Positions 1 through 10,700 of a stretch of 64,000 nucleotides of DNA are shown here, piece by piece. The stretch comes from an uncultured bacterium. Lineage in GTDB: Bacteria > Babelota > Babeliae > Babelales > Babelaceae. The stretch is taken from assembly GCA_963722385.1 (NCBI GenBank), contig CAVRKK010000001.1, forward strand, positions 192,001 to 256,000, written 5' to 3'. The position numbers were made by a program, and so were the translations under genes. A model generated the notes under the pieces. The model ran no database searches. It saw only the letters and a list, made by a program, of their open reading frames with translations, and was not told the origin of the DNA. Numbering within the stretch: position 1 is the first letter of the stretch; the number at the start of each line of letters is the position of its first letter.

Positions 1-93
1 CTAAGGGAGCTTGCCAGCAAACCACCTATACAATCAATTAAGCAAATTGACCCAGCATTCTTAAGTGAGCAACAAGCGGAATTAAATAAATAA
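1..93 (+). CDS. 3' end of a CDS truncated by the window edge (LRELASKPP...AELNK*)
   Basis: Open frame from base 1 to TAA at 91-93, convergent with the sulfatase gene; no family recognisable. Confidence 0.4.
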   Translation, partial: LRELASKPPIQSIKQIDPAFLSEQQAELNK

Positions 94-119
94 GAAGTAC
101 CAAATTAAGCAATGGGAGC

Positions 120-1706
120 TTATTTCAGCTCAACAACCGCCTTCTTTGCCGGATACTTCTCAAAAGTTGCCATATGTTCAGTAATAATCTTCTGCATAAT
201 AGGCGCTATCCATGTCTTACGTACGATTTGTGGCTTGCGCTCGCGCGGGTCGGTGTAAAGATTGTACAAGAAAGCTTTATTGGGCTTTTCATTGACGCCT
301 AAATTCATGCCACCCACCGCATCGTAGCGGCCATCCGCTATATTAACAATCTGGCGGTGATACTTATACTCATTCCAACGAATCGCGGCGAGCTCTCGAT
401 TATCTGACCAGTAGTACACAACTTCACGATTTGATCGGCCTGCATTGCTCAGCAAAAACGATGCTTGATCGATACCATCAATATAGCGGTCGCTCGGCAC
501 CTGATTTTTGATACCAGCAAGCCTCAATGCGGTGTTAAATAGATCAGCAAGGTCAAAGAGGCCATCCGAAACACGGCTTGGCAGAATAACACCGGGCCAA
601 TTGGCTATCCCCGGGACACGTACGCCTCCTTCCCATGTTGTTCCTTTTGAGCCACGCCACGGCGCATAGCCCGCATCAGGCCAAGTGTCTTCTTCAACCC
701 CATTATCAGAAGCAAAGAATACAAGTGTATTTTCTGCTTGCCCCGTTTGCTTGAGCACCTCTAGGATGCGGCCTACAATATCATCGACCTCTATAATACC
801 GTCTTTATAAGGATACTTGGCAGGAGACTTGCCGGCGTATCCGTCAGCAGGATAATTATCAAAGTGGACACGCGAAAAAGCATGAATCAAATAAAAAGGC
901 TGCGGGCTCTTTTCCTGGCGCCTAAGAAAATCAATCGTATAACGCATAAAGTCCTGGTCGATATTGGCAAGCACAGGAATCGTAATTTCTTTGATATTCT
1001 CAAGCTTCTCTCCCCTTTTTGCTTGGACTAAATTTTTATTGAATGGTGCACGCTCTATCATGCGCCGCCGCTGTGGACTGCGAGCAACTTCTGGATTGAA
1101 GTAAGGGTCACGCCACTCGGTATACATATTGGCAACACCCAAAAATCCGTAAAACTCGTCATAGCCAACGTTTTGTGGCTGCTGGTGGACTCCTTCGCCA
1201 AGGTGCCATTTGCCAACAAGTGCTGTCTTATAGCCAACCTTGCTTAACAACTCAGCAGCGGTAATTTCACCTTCAAGCCCCCCTTGATCGCCGAACATGA
1301 TGGGTATGTAAATTCCGTGCCTTATGGGTAAGCGCCCCGTCATGAGCGTTGCTCGCGTGGGCGAACAGGTTGGTTGCGAATACGTCGACGTTAAGCGCAA
1401 GCCGTCATGAGCTAAGCGGTCTAAGTGGGGAGTTGGCGCACCTACGGCATGTCCGCCACCATAAGCACCCATATCGCCCCAACCCATATCATCGGCAAGC
1501 AAAATAAGAATATTAGGCTTTTTCCCGAATTTTTTCTCAAGCTTGGCAAGTTTTTCTTGGGTTTCGCGTTCTTGCTCCGGAAAAACAAGCGCGGGTTGCT
1601 TGTTGGGAGCAACCTCTTGTGCTTTGAGTGGGTCATTCTTTTCGAGGGCATTGCCCAATGCAGAAAGCATCCCAAAGAGCACAGTGAAACCACCTACATA
1701 TCGCAT
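120..1706 (-). CDS. Arylsulfatase (formylglycine-dependent), exported
   Basis: PNILILLADDMGWGD, CSPTRATLMTG (CxPxR FGly motif), GKWHLG, SDNG, KGTTWEGGVRVP; N-terminal signal peptide. Confidence 0.95.
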   Translation of the reverse strand: MRYVGGFTVLFGMLSALGNALEKNDPLKAQEVAPNKQPALVFPEQERETQEKLAKLEKKFGKKPNILILLADDMGWGDMGAYGGGHAVGAPTPHLDRLAHDGLRLTSTYSQPTCSPTRATLMTGRLPIRHGIYIPIMFGDQGGLEGEITAAELLSKVGYKTALVGKWHLGEGVHQQPQNVGYDEFYGFLGVANMYTEWRDPYFNPEVARSPQRRRMIERAPFNKNLVQAKRGEKLENIKEITIPVLANIDQDFMRYTIDFLRRQEKSPQPFYLIHAFSRVHFDNYPADGYAGKSPAKYPYKDGIIEVDDIVGRILEVLKQTGQAENTLVFFASDNGVEEDTWPDAGYAPWRGSKGTTWEGGVRVPGIANWPGVILPSRVSDGLFDLADLFNTALRLAGIKNQVPSDRYIDGIDQASFLLSNAGRSNREVVYYWSDNRELAAIRWNEYKYHRQIVNIADGRYDAVGGMNLGVNEKPNKAFLYNLYTDPRERKPQIVRKTWIAPIMQKIITEHMATFEKYPAKKAVVELK

Positions 1707-1714
1707 AATTACTC

Positions 1715-2662
1715 CTATTTTCGCAAGCTTTTAACACATCGGAAACCGATGTGGGCCGCACTGCTCGCCGGCTCGCCCTTGCCCCGCGCCCCCACTAGGT
1801 AGCGGTTGCAGTATGAACTGTGGCATAAGAACGAGCCCCCGCGTTGAACTTTTTTACTTGTGTGCGGCTCATAAGGGTCATAACTGCTATCGGGGCCCTG
1901 GGGATTAACGCATGTTTGTGCTGAATCTTTGTCATGGTAATAATGCGCGTGGTACCAGTCTGAGCACCACTCCCACACGTTACCGGTCATATCATAAAGG
2001 CCATAACCATTGGGCGCAAACGAGCCGACAGGCGCCGTTCCATAAAAGCCATCCTCAAGGATATTAAGGTGAGGAAAGGCGCCTTGCCAGATATTGGTGC
2101 GCCAGATGCCCTGAGGCTTGAGCTCATCTCCCCAGCTATACGTTGCTTGATGAAGACCCCCTCGTGCCGCATATTCGAATTCTGCTTCGGTTGGCAGTCG
2201 CTTGCCCGCCCATTGCGCATAGGCCACGACATCTGGCCACGCGATATGTACAACGGGATGCTTTTCTCGTCCAACAAGGTTGCTCGTTGGCCCTTCCGGA
2301 TGGCGCCAGCAAGCTTCCGGCTCATAAGACCACCAGTCGTGATAGGCGGTTCCCGGTACATTCTTATCGGGGCTAAACACGAGAGACCCAGGAACGTTGC
2401 CCGCGGGCTTGCGTTCAGCAATGGTTACATAGCCAGTTTCGCTCACGAATTGATCAAATTGCTCATTGGTAACTTCAGTCTCATCCATCCAGAAACCATC
2501 CAGGGCGATCTGCCGAAGGGGACGAGCATCGCGCATAAATACGCTGCCCATCCAAAAGGTGCCACCCGGAATCCATACCATGCCTGGCTCAGATTTGAAG
2601 ATAAAGCCGGATAGTGCAAGTAACACAATTAATAGGCAACCAAGATAATGGGGCGCTTTCAT
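1715..2662 (-). CDS. Formylglycine-generating enzyme (sulfatase-modifying factor, SUMF1 family)
   Basis: RLPTEAEFEYAARGG, YGLYDMTGNVWEWC, RGGSFLCHSSYC (catalytic Cys pair), GFRC; 8 nt upstream of the sulfatase on the same strand. Confidence 0.95.
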   Translation of the reverse strand: MKAPHYLGCLLIVLLALSGFIFKSEPGMVWIPGGTFWMGSVFMRDARPLRQIALDGFWMDETEVTNEQFDQFVSETGYVTIAERKPAGNVPGSLVFSPDKNVPGTAYHDWWSYEPEACWRHPEGPTSNLVGREKHPVVHIAWPDVVAYAQWAGKRLPTEAEFEYAARGGLHQATYSWGDELKPQGIWRTNIWQGAFPHLNILEDGFYGTAPVGSFAPNGYGLYDMTGNVWEWCSDWYHAHYYHDKDSAQTCVNPQGPDSSYDPYEPHTSKKVQRGGSFLCHSSYCNRYLVGARGKGEPASSAAHIGFRCVKSLRK

Positions 2663-2851
2663 AGATCCTCCCGCTTTATCTTTATGTTACCGACTACGTA
2701 TTGATAAAAGCAACAAGCTCGCAACATCAGTCCTTTCAAGTCCATCACCATGCGCTCTTAGGGGCTCCTTGTTTATTTTTTCTTATAGTATAAAATATTC
2801 AGTATAATCAGCCACCATAAAAACACCGTATTTGTCGAGCCCACTTAGAGG

Positions 2852-3424
2852 ATGCTCATGATGCATTATTATAAAATTGGTATAGTTGGACTCTTTCTGC
2901 TGCTGATGAGTAACGCAGGTCTATCCGGATCCTTTATAACCTCCATAACGGAGGCGATCCAGCACAGCGATTATTATGCTGTAGAGGCTGCTATAGAGAA
3001 GGGCAAAAATCTTCTGAGCGTAAAAGAGCAACGATTTATCATAGAACAAGCAAGCAGGATCCGGCAATTAGCAGATCATAATGCCTGGTTCTCATCAGAA
3101 ACAAAAAAAGGAATCTCATCAACAACATTTCTTGTCATGATCATGGCTTCTCTCCTTCTTTGTGCCGAACCTTTCAGCTATCTTTTATTCTTAATTCACC
3201 CTGAGGCAACCTTCCGTGATAGGCGTGATGCTCTTGTCGGTGCGGCAGCCTATAAGAAGTGCCTAATTGCTGCTGTTTTTCTTATGACAACAGCCGTGTT
3301 AGCTGGTTATGATTGCATAACCGGTTATTATACTGAGCGAGAACGGTATATTCTGAACTTCCTCTACAATAATCTACCGTACTTTCAGCAACAGCTACCT
3401 CCTGGAAGCAAGTGGGCCTACTAA
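2852..3424 (+). CDS. Hypothetical membrane protein (signal peptide plus two hydrophobic segments)
   Basis: 190-aa ORF, GAGG RBS, hydrophobic N-terminus and two TM-like stretches. Confidence 0.7.
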   Translation: MLMMHYYKIGIVGLFLLLMSNAGLSGSFITSITEAIQHSDYYAVEAAIEKGKNLLSVKEQRFIIEQASRIRQLADHNAWFSSETKKGISSTTFLVMIMASLLLCAEPFSYLLFLIHPEATFRDRRDALVGAAAYKKCLIAAVFLMTTAVLAGYDCITGYYTERERYILNFLYNNLPYFQQQLPPGSKWAY

Positions 3425-3508
3425 CTTAGCCCGGCCCCTCTTAAGAGCTGATATGAAAACCGAGAAAGCAATTCAAGCAAGGGATCGTGCAGTTAAAAGG
3501 GAAAAACC

Positions 3509-5350
3509 GTGATTAAAAAGTTTGAAAAAATCTGTTCAATAATATTTGTTGTAATAGCTCTTGCTTGCTTTGATACAGCAGCGATGGAAATGAGCGGAAA
3601 AAAGATCTCTGCTTATTTAGCCAAATGCCGTGCACTAGAAAAATCACACCCAAAAGGTTGTTGGGATAGTGCAGCTGCTAAATCACTCATTGATCTATAT
3701 GATCAATTATCAAATAATAATGCCCGTGCGATAGCTAACCATAAGTTTAAATATCTATTCTGGATTGATATAGATAAAGCAAAACAACGCATTAAGGACG
3801 AAAACCTCAAAGAAGCAACGTTGAAGAATTTTAGCGAGCTTTGCGCCCAAATTGCAAAAAAAGGGAATATAAAGCAACTTTTAGCAAGTGGCAATATAGC
3901 AATGCTTGAGGACCTCCTTAGGAGCTGTAGAAATTTGGGAAGTGGCGCAGAAAGAATATTTCAGGATACTTTCGGTGCGAGCGTTTATGAGGCAAGAAGA
4001 TTAATGGCCCAATCTGGCGAAGAGAGTGAAGAAGAGCCAGAAGAGCCAAAAAGGCCAGCACAACCTCAACGTGAAGAGGTCGAGGAACCAGAAGCAGAGA
4101 ATGACTATATCATTTTCGAATATCAGAAACCGGTCGGCGGGGAGCCTAATCTCGTAATTACACCAAACAATAACTTGCAACAGGCACCATCAGATCAAGC
4201 TGAAACAAAAAAAGCAAATACCTCGAGTATCAACAAATCTAAACAAACTTCAAAGACTAACCAACTATATCGCCAACCAGTGAAAGAACAAAGTGCATGC
4301 GGCATGACCGCAGGGCCAAGAACGCAAGAAAATGAATATTGCTGGACGAATATTTCAAGGAGACTCCCTCCAAATTGTCAGGTTAAGCAAAAAAAGAAGC
4401 GGGGAATGCGTCATATGTGGATTGGTTGCTTGGATAACGTCAAGTCTGCCGCTATCGCCCTTGAGAGCGTTCGTCACGTATGGGTGCTTGTCCATGGAAC
4501 TTGGGGCCATCAAACTCCTTCTTTTTTTGATGAAAACCATGACAATTTTCAGGAAATTCAGGCTACCATTCGAGAACAAGCGCATGAGAGAGAGAATGCG
4601 CTGCTGCTATCCTTTAGATGGACTGGCGAGAATTCCGTGGAGGCGCGTGAAAAAGGTGCTCGGAGGCTTAAGCAGTGCCTTGCCAGAATGCAGCTCTTAA
4701 AGTGGGCTACCTTGTTGACAATTGTTGCACACAGTCATGGCTGCAACCTTTCGAGTAATTTTTCACAGTTATTAGATAAAGATACAGAGCTTATTCGGAC
4801 GCTTCTTTATTTTGCCTGTCCTCGACGACCTGAGGCTAAATTTCAGCCCGAAAGTTACGATAATCTTGTGTATTTTTGGGGAGTAGATGACCTTATTGCT
4901 TCCTTGGGTAGTATTGACTGGAGCAACATAACTTCAAACCTTAAATCCTCTTGGGTATTTCATGTAAGTAATCAAGCCATTGACGTAGCAGCTGCTGGCC
5001 TAGCGGCTCTTGGCTTGACGAACACGAGTAAAGGCGTTAAGGCGCTTGGGACTGTCCAGCTGGGTAATGCTTTATATATCATCTATGCGGTTGCAACAAA
5101 ACGAGCAATTACGCCAGATTTTAACGTGCCACAAGGCGTTAATGCTCAAGGTACGAGCATAATGATTGGTACCAAGGTACAAATTAATGGAAGAGATATA
5201 TTAAAGCCAGTCAACATTCATTCCTATATTGTGAACGCCTTGTGCAATTTACGCGCTATTTTTAGAACATTTGGCCTCAACAATACCCCGCAAAATGGGC
5301 GGTGGAATCTTGAGATGAATAGCGATGGTAGCCAATTCGACCTTCATTAA
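3509..5350 (+). CDS. Secreted protein with C-terminal alpha/beta-hydrolase (lipase-like) domain
   Basis: Signal peptide ending TAA-ME; acidic low-complexity linker; LVHGTW oxyanion-type motif, FRWTG and IVAHSHG nucleophile elbow. Confidence 0.75.
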   Translation: MIKKFEKICSIIFVVIALACFDTAAMEMSGKKISAYLAKCRALEKSHPKGCWDSAAAKSLIDLYDQLSNNNARAIANHKFKYLFWIDIDKAKQRIKDENLKEATLKNFSELCAQIAKKGNIKQLLASGNIAMLEDLLRSCRNLGSGAERIFQDTFGASVYEARRLMAQSGEESEEEPEEPKRPAQPQREEVEEPEAENDYIIFEYQKPVGGEPNLVITPNNNLQQAPSDQAETKKANTSSINKSKQTSKTNQLYRQPVKEQSACGMTAGPRTQENEYCWTNISRRLPPNCQVKQKKKRGMRHMWIGCLDNVKSAAIALESVRHVWVLVHGTWGHQTPSFFDENHDNFQEIQATIREQAHERENALLLSFRWTGENSVEAREKGARRLKQCLARMQLLKWATLLTIVAHSHGCNLSSNFSQLLDKDTELIRTLLYFACPRRPEAKFQPESYDNLVYFWGVDDLIASLGSIDWSNITSNLKSSWVFHVSNQAIDVAAAGLAALGLTNTSKGVKALGTVQLGNALYIIYAVATKRAITPDFNVPQGVNAQGTSIMIGTKVQINGRDILKPVNIHSYIVNALCNLRAIFRTFGLNNTPQNGRWNLEMNSDGSQFDLH

Positions 5351-5371
5351 ACCGCATATAACCAAAGAGCG

Positions 5372-6394
5372 CTAAAGATTATATTCGAAGAATTGATCAG
5401 TTGGGTAAAAGATACAAAACTCGTGAGCTTGCGGCGTCCCCGGGGTGTTTTTTAAGAGGTCATCAAGCTGCTTTTTTAACATTTGTGCCCGGAACTTTTG
5501 CGAGAAATCGAAATTTCCTAAATTATAATAATCATAAGTCGAATAATTGTAAAATTGAAATACCGAGGAATAGGGAAAGCACATGGCTTGCTGACTTTGG
5601 CGAATAGCATAATAATAGACCAACTCAAGATACTCGGTTGAGCCACACCACGAATTCGGTTTTAAGTAGAATGGGAGATCGGTATCTACAACGGCAAAGT
5701 CGCCTAATGGCGTAATTTTCACATTGCCAGGATTGCCATCACAATGTCCTGCTTGATAGAGCAAGAACTTTACTCGTTCAAATAGGTCGCTTTTTTGCTG
5801 CAAAAATTCATTTAAATCTATGTCACTGCTATACAAATTTAGAAATTCCAGCTTTTTAGCAAGCAAAATATAAAGCGTTACTTCTGCTTCTTTAATGGGG
5901 ACGATGCATTTTTCTGGAATAACTATGTTCTGGCATAAGGCGGTATTTCTATCGCAAATGTTTTGCAAAATTTCACGACCCTCAAGTCGCTCGAGAGCTC
6001 CCGTAAACTTTATGACATAGTTCGGAATGTCTTGGTGTAGCGCGACAGGAGTATGCCCCTCGTTAAACATGGACATACCAGTTTCTGCTAGATTAATCGG
6101 TTGCTTCGAACTGCGGTTCCTGGCAACATCGATAATAATTCTGTTTTTGAGTATCTCGTCAATTAACGAGTCCTTGCAACGATATTTTTCGATAAGCTCT
6201 TGCTCCGAAGGAAGACCATACAGCCCAGGCTTTCCCTGATAAGACAGTCCTGGAATGGCCATTGGCGAAGCGGTATATGCGGACATGCTTATGTTGAATG
6301 GGTACGGAAACCGGTTGTGCTCAAAATATTGCCCATGCTCGCTTTTTATAACACCTGCGCTTAGTATGGCTAATAAGAAAAATATGTTACGCAT
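5372..6394 (-). CDS. Secreted protein-kinase-like protein, paralog A
   Basis: Start set at MRNIFFLLAIL by alignment to paralog B; YVIKF, HCDGNPGNVKI (HxDxxxxN) and VVDTD resemble kinase-like catalytic motifs. Confidence 0.65.
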   Translation of the reverse strand: MRNIFFLLAILSAGVIKSEHGQYFEHNRFPYPFNISMSAYTASPMAIPGLSYQGKPGLYGLPSEQELIEKYRCKDSLIDEILKNRIIIDVARNRSSKQPINLAETGMSMFNEGHTPVALHQDIPNYVIKFTGALERLEGREILQNICDRNTALCQNIVIPEKCIVPIKEAEVTLYILLAKKLEFLNLYSSDIDLNEFLQQKSDLFERVKFLLYQAGHCDGNPGNVKITPLGDFAVVDTDLPFYLKPNSWCGSTEYLELVYYYAIRQSQQAMCFPYSSVFQFYNYSTYDYYNLGNFDFSQKFRAQMLKKQLDDLLKNTPGTPQAHEFCIFYPTDQFFEYNL

Positions 6395-6580
6395 TATGCT
6401 CCAGCAGAATTTAAATTGCAATTAAAAATAATAAAACAACGCTTTAATTTTATTTATTATGCTTAAGATACTTTTTTATTTCGATATTGTCAATAAACAT
6501 CTAGCGCTTTCGCAATTTTACACTATTAGAAAAAATTACACTTTTCTCTTGCAAGAGGCGTTAAATGCAGCGTCTTCGCA

Positions 6581-7477
6581 TCAAGGGCAGATTTCTTCCT
6601 GAGAAAAGCTGAATTTCCCCAAAGTATAATAATATGAAAATGGTAGCATTGAACTAACGTCGAAGCATGCACCTTGCTGATTGGAGCGAATGGCGTAGTA
6701 ATAGTTCATCTCAAGATGTTCAGTCGTGCCACACCATGAATTGGGTCTTAAGTAATATGGCAGATCGGTATCTATAATAGCAAAATCACCAAGTGGCGTA
6801 ATTTTCACATTGCCAGGATTGCCATCGCAATGACCTGCCTGGTAGAGCAAGAACTTTACTCGTTCAAATAAGTCACTTTTTTGCTGCAAAAATTCGTTTA
6901 AGTCTATGTCGTCATTGTATAAATTTAACAATTTTAATTTTTCAGCAAGTAATACATAGAGCGTCGTTTCTGCTTCTTTAATTGAAACGATGCATTTCTC
7001 TGGCATAATAATATTCTGACATAACGAAGTATTCCGAGCGCAAATGTTTCTCAATACTTCGCGCCCTTGAATTCGTGCAACCGCAGCCCTAAATTTTATG
7101 ACATAATTTAGATTGGTATAGGTGCCAACCGGTGTATGTCCTTCGCCAAAGGTAACTATGCCTGCTTCTGATAGGTAAACTGGTTGTTTAAGGCTTACGT
7201 TTCGTGCAATATCAATAATAATCTTATTTTTGAGTACCTCATTAATTAACGAATCTTTACATCGATATTTTTCGATAAGTTCTTGTTCAGGCGGAAGGCC
7301 ATAAAGATCAGTCTTGTCCTGACAAGACAACCCTTGGATTATTATCGGTAAAGGGGTATACGTGGGTAAGCTTATATTAAACGGGTAGGGAAATCGTTGA
7401 TGCTCAAAATAACGTCCATGCTCACTTTTCAAATAAGCGGTGCTTATGGTGGCTAACAAAAAAAATAGTATATACAT
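6581..7477 (-). CDS. Secreted protein-kinase-like protein, paralog B
   Basis: Shares long identical blocks with 5372-6394 (e.g. DIDLNEFLQQKSDLFERVKFLLYQAGHCDGNPGNVKITPLGDFA); AGGGGG RBS; shorter C-terminus. Confidence 0.65.
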   Translation of the reverse strand: MYILFFLLATISTAYLKSEHGRYFEHQRFPYPFNISLPTYTPLPIIIQGLSCQDKTDLYGLPPEQELIEKYRCKDSLINEVLKNKIIIDIARNVSLKQPVYLSEAGIVTFGEGHTPVGTYTNLNYVIKFRAAVARIQGREVLRNICARNTSLCQNIIMPEKCIVSIKEAETTLYVLLAEKLKLLNLYNDDIDLNEFLQQKSDLFERVKFLLYQAGHCDGNPGNVKITPLGDFAIIDTDLPYYLRPNSWCGTTEHLEMNYYYAIRSNQQGACFDVSSMLPFSYYYTLGKFSFSQEEICP

Positions 7478-7737
7478 AGTCCCCCTTTAAGCATCAATTA
7501 TAAAAACAATAAGGCTTGTCAAGCAAGGGCTGCATTTTATTAACTTTAAAATAGGCAAAATTTTTGTGCTCAAGCGCTTGCAAAAATCGTGCATCCAAGC
7601 TCTCAAATCTTTGCAGCCCCTCCTTAAAAGAGATCCAGTAGTCCTGTTGTTAAGGTTAATTTTTTTAAGTATGATAGGGGAAATCAAATGAGGCTAATAT
7701 TATTATTGGCAATACAAACACGCGAAAGGATGAGCGT

Positions 7738-10700
7738 ATGTTTTTTAGGCGAAGTGTTCTCTATGCTTTTCTAATGTCTCTCTCGCTCGGGCTGCAAGCC
7801 ACCGGAACAGAGGCTGCATGCTCGGTGATTGAATCGGCTAATTATCCCGTACCGTTGGGTTCGACTTATCCGGTATCAGTGGCGGTTTCACCTAGTGGCT
7901 CCTATCTTGCTACGGCTAATGGTAGCTCAAATGATGTGACAATATTTACCGTAGGTTCGGGTGGGGCTCTGAGTAAGGCCGCCACTTATCTGTTACCCTC
8001 AGGTTCGACTGGTGTTCAATCAGTAGCATTCTCACCCAATGGTTCCTATCTTGCTACGGCTAATGGTAGCTCAAGCGACGTAACAATATTTACGGTAGGA
8101 TCAGGCGGAGCTCTCAGTAATGCGACTTCATATGCCTTGCCTTCGGGTTCTACAGACTCCACCTCAGTAGCATTTTCACCAGATAGTTCTTATCTCGGTG
8201 TTGCTTATTCTGGCGGCGTGACAATATTTACGGTTGGAGCTGGGGGAGATCTCAGTAATGGCACCTCATACGCATTACCCTCGGGTTCTTCATTTCCTTA
8301 CTCAGTAGCATTTTCACCGAACGGTTCCTATCTCGTTACTGCTAATTTTAACTCAGCAAATGTGACAATATTTAGCGTATCAGCAGGAGTTTTAAGTAAT
8401 GCTACTTCGTATGCATTGACGTCAGGTGTTGATAATCCCTATTCAGTAGCATTTTCAGCTGATAGCTCCTATCTTGCAACTGCTAATTATGATTCAAATA
8501 GCGTGACAATATTTACTGTTGGATCAGGAGGAGCATTAACTGGAACGACAAGTTACACATTGCCAAGCGGCTCAGCCTATCCTTATTCGGTGGCCTTTTC
8601 GCCTGATGGGTCGTATCTTGCAACTGCTAATTACACTTCAAATAATGTAACGATATTTACCGCGAGCTCCGGGACCCTAAGTAATCCGACTTCGTATGCC
8701 TTGCCATCGGGTTCTGCGTCTCCCAGCGCCGTAGCATTTTTACCCGATGGCTCTTATCTCGCCACCGCTAATGAAACTTCAAATGATGTAACAACGTTTG
8801 CTGTAGGTACAGGAGGAGCTCTGAGTAATGCTGCATCGTATGCATTGCCGCCAGGCTGTACAGCTCCTGCTACGGTGGCATTTTCACCGGATGGCCTCTA
8901 TCTTGCTGCTGCCAACGAAGATTCGAATAATGTGACAATATTTAGCGTAGAAGCCAATGGGACCCTTGATAAAGTTGCATTCTTTGCATTGCCATCGGGC
9001 TCTATATATCCTGTATCAGTGGCATTTTCGCCCAATGGCTTATATCTTGCTACGGCTAATCAAAGTTCAAATGATGTGACGATATTCACCGTAGGATCCG
9101 GTGGAGTGCTGAGTAATGCTTCATCGTATTCCTTGCCGTCGGGTTCTACCTTCCCGAAATCAGTGGCATTTTCACCTGATAGTTCCTATCTTGCTACTGC
9201 TAATCAAGGTTCAAATAATGTGACAATATTTAGTGTAGAAGCCGGTGGAAATTTAAGTAATGCGACTTCTTATGAGGTGTCAGCAGACGTGCCTTACTCA
9301 GTGGCATTTTCACCCAATGGTTCCTATCTTGCTACTGCTAATGCAGGTTCAAATAACGTGACAATATTTAGCGTAGGGACAGGTGGGATCCTTACAAGTG
9401 GTGGGACATATGCCCTACCGGCAAATACCTACGAGCCTTGCTCTTTGGCATTTTCTCCTAATAGCTCTTATCTTGCTACCGCTAATCAAGGTTCAAGTAA
9501 TGAGGTAGTAATATTTGCGGTAGAAGCAGGAGGGATTCTGAGTAATCCCGCTGCATATTCATTACCGCCAAGTTCTTCTTATCCTTACCAATTGGCATTT
9601 TCGCCCGATGGTTCTTATCTTGTTACGGCTAATAACAGTTCCGATGTCACCGTATTTCAAGTAAACCCAGAGGGAGTTCCCAACCATGCTGTCTCGTACG
9701 CCTTGCCACGAGGCGCGGCAGCGCCCTACTCAGTAGCATTTTCACCTAATGGGTCTTGTATTGCTACCGCTAGCCCTTACTCAAGCAACGTAACGCTCTT
9801 TAGGCTTGGCTGCTCTAGCCCAGCAGTCTCTTATGCTTTGCCAGGGGGCTCTCAAGAGCCAGACTCAGTAGCCTTTTCTCCGAATGGCGTATACCTTGCA
9901 ACGGCAAATTACAATTCAAGTGACGTAACACTTTTTGAAGTAAATTATAATAACACCATCAGCAATCTTCTTTTAAGAAGGTCTTTCCCTTTGCCAATGG
10001 GCTCATTGCAGCCTACCAGCATATCATTTTCTTCAGATAGCGCATATGTAGCAACCGCAAATAGCAATTCAAATGATGTTACCCTTTTTAAATTGCTCAA
10101 TGGCAACTTAACCTCAGCAACTTCCTATGCATTACCTACTGAGTCGAGTAACCCGATGTCATTGGCCTTTTCGCCTGATAATTCTTGCCTTGCAGTAGCC
10201 AACAGTAACTCAAGTGACGTAACACTGTTTAAGTTTGCTACAGGGCAATTGAATAACCCAATTTCTTATGCATTACCGTCTGGATCGTTATATCCCGCAG
10301 CAATCATATTTGCTCCTGATGGCACCTACCTTCTAACAGCAAATGCAGAATCAAGCGATGTAACCCTCTTTCAGGTAACAGATGGCGCGTTAAATAACGG
10401 TATTTCTCAACCTCTTCCAGCTGGCTCGGTAGAACCACGGTCAATAGCGCTTATAGACGATGATAAAAATAACCTATTGTTTGGTACTGCTAATACACTT
10501 TCGCATGATATAACTATTTTTACTTTAACGGTAGGCACACTTAATAGTGGTATATCATATCAACTCCCAGCTGGCGCGCTTACACCCGTATCGCTTGTCG
10601 CTTCCTCCAATGGCGAGTTCGTTGCTACTGCCAATAGCGCTTCTAATACCATTACCCTTTTTAAAAATAATAATGGTCGCTTAAACAATGGCACCTCGTA

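Noticed and set aside
5372..7477. Duplicated region as a DGR TR/VR pair
   Set aside because: Both copies are full ORFs differing at all base types; ordinary tandem paralogs
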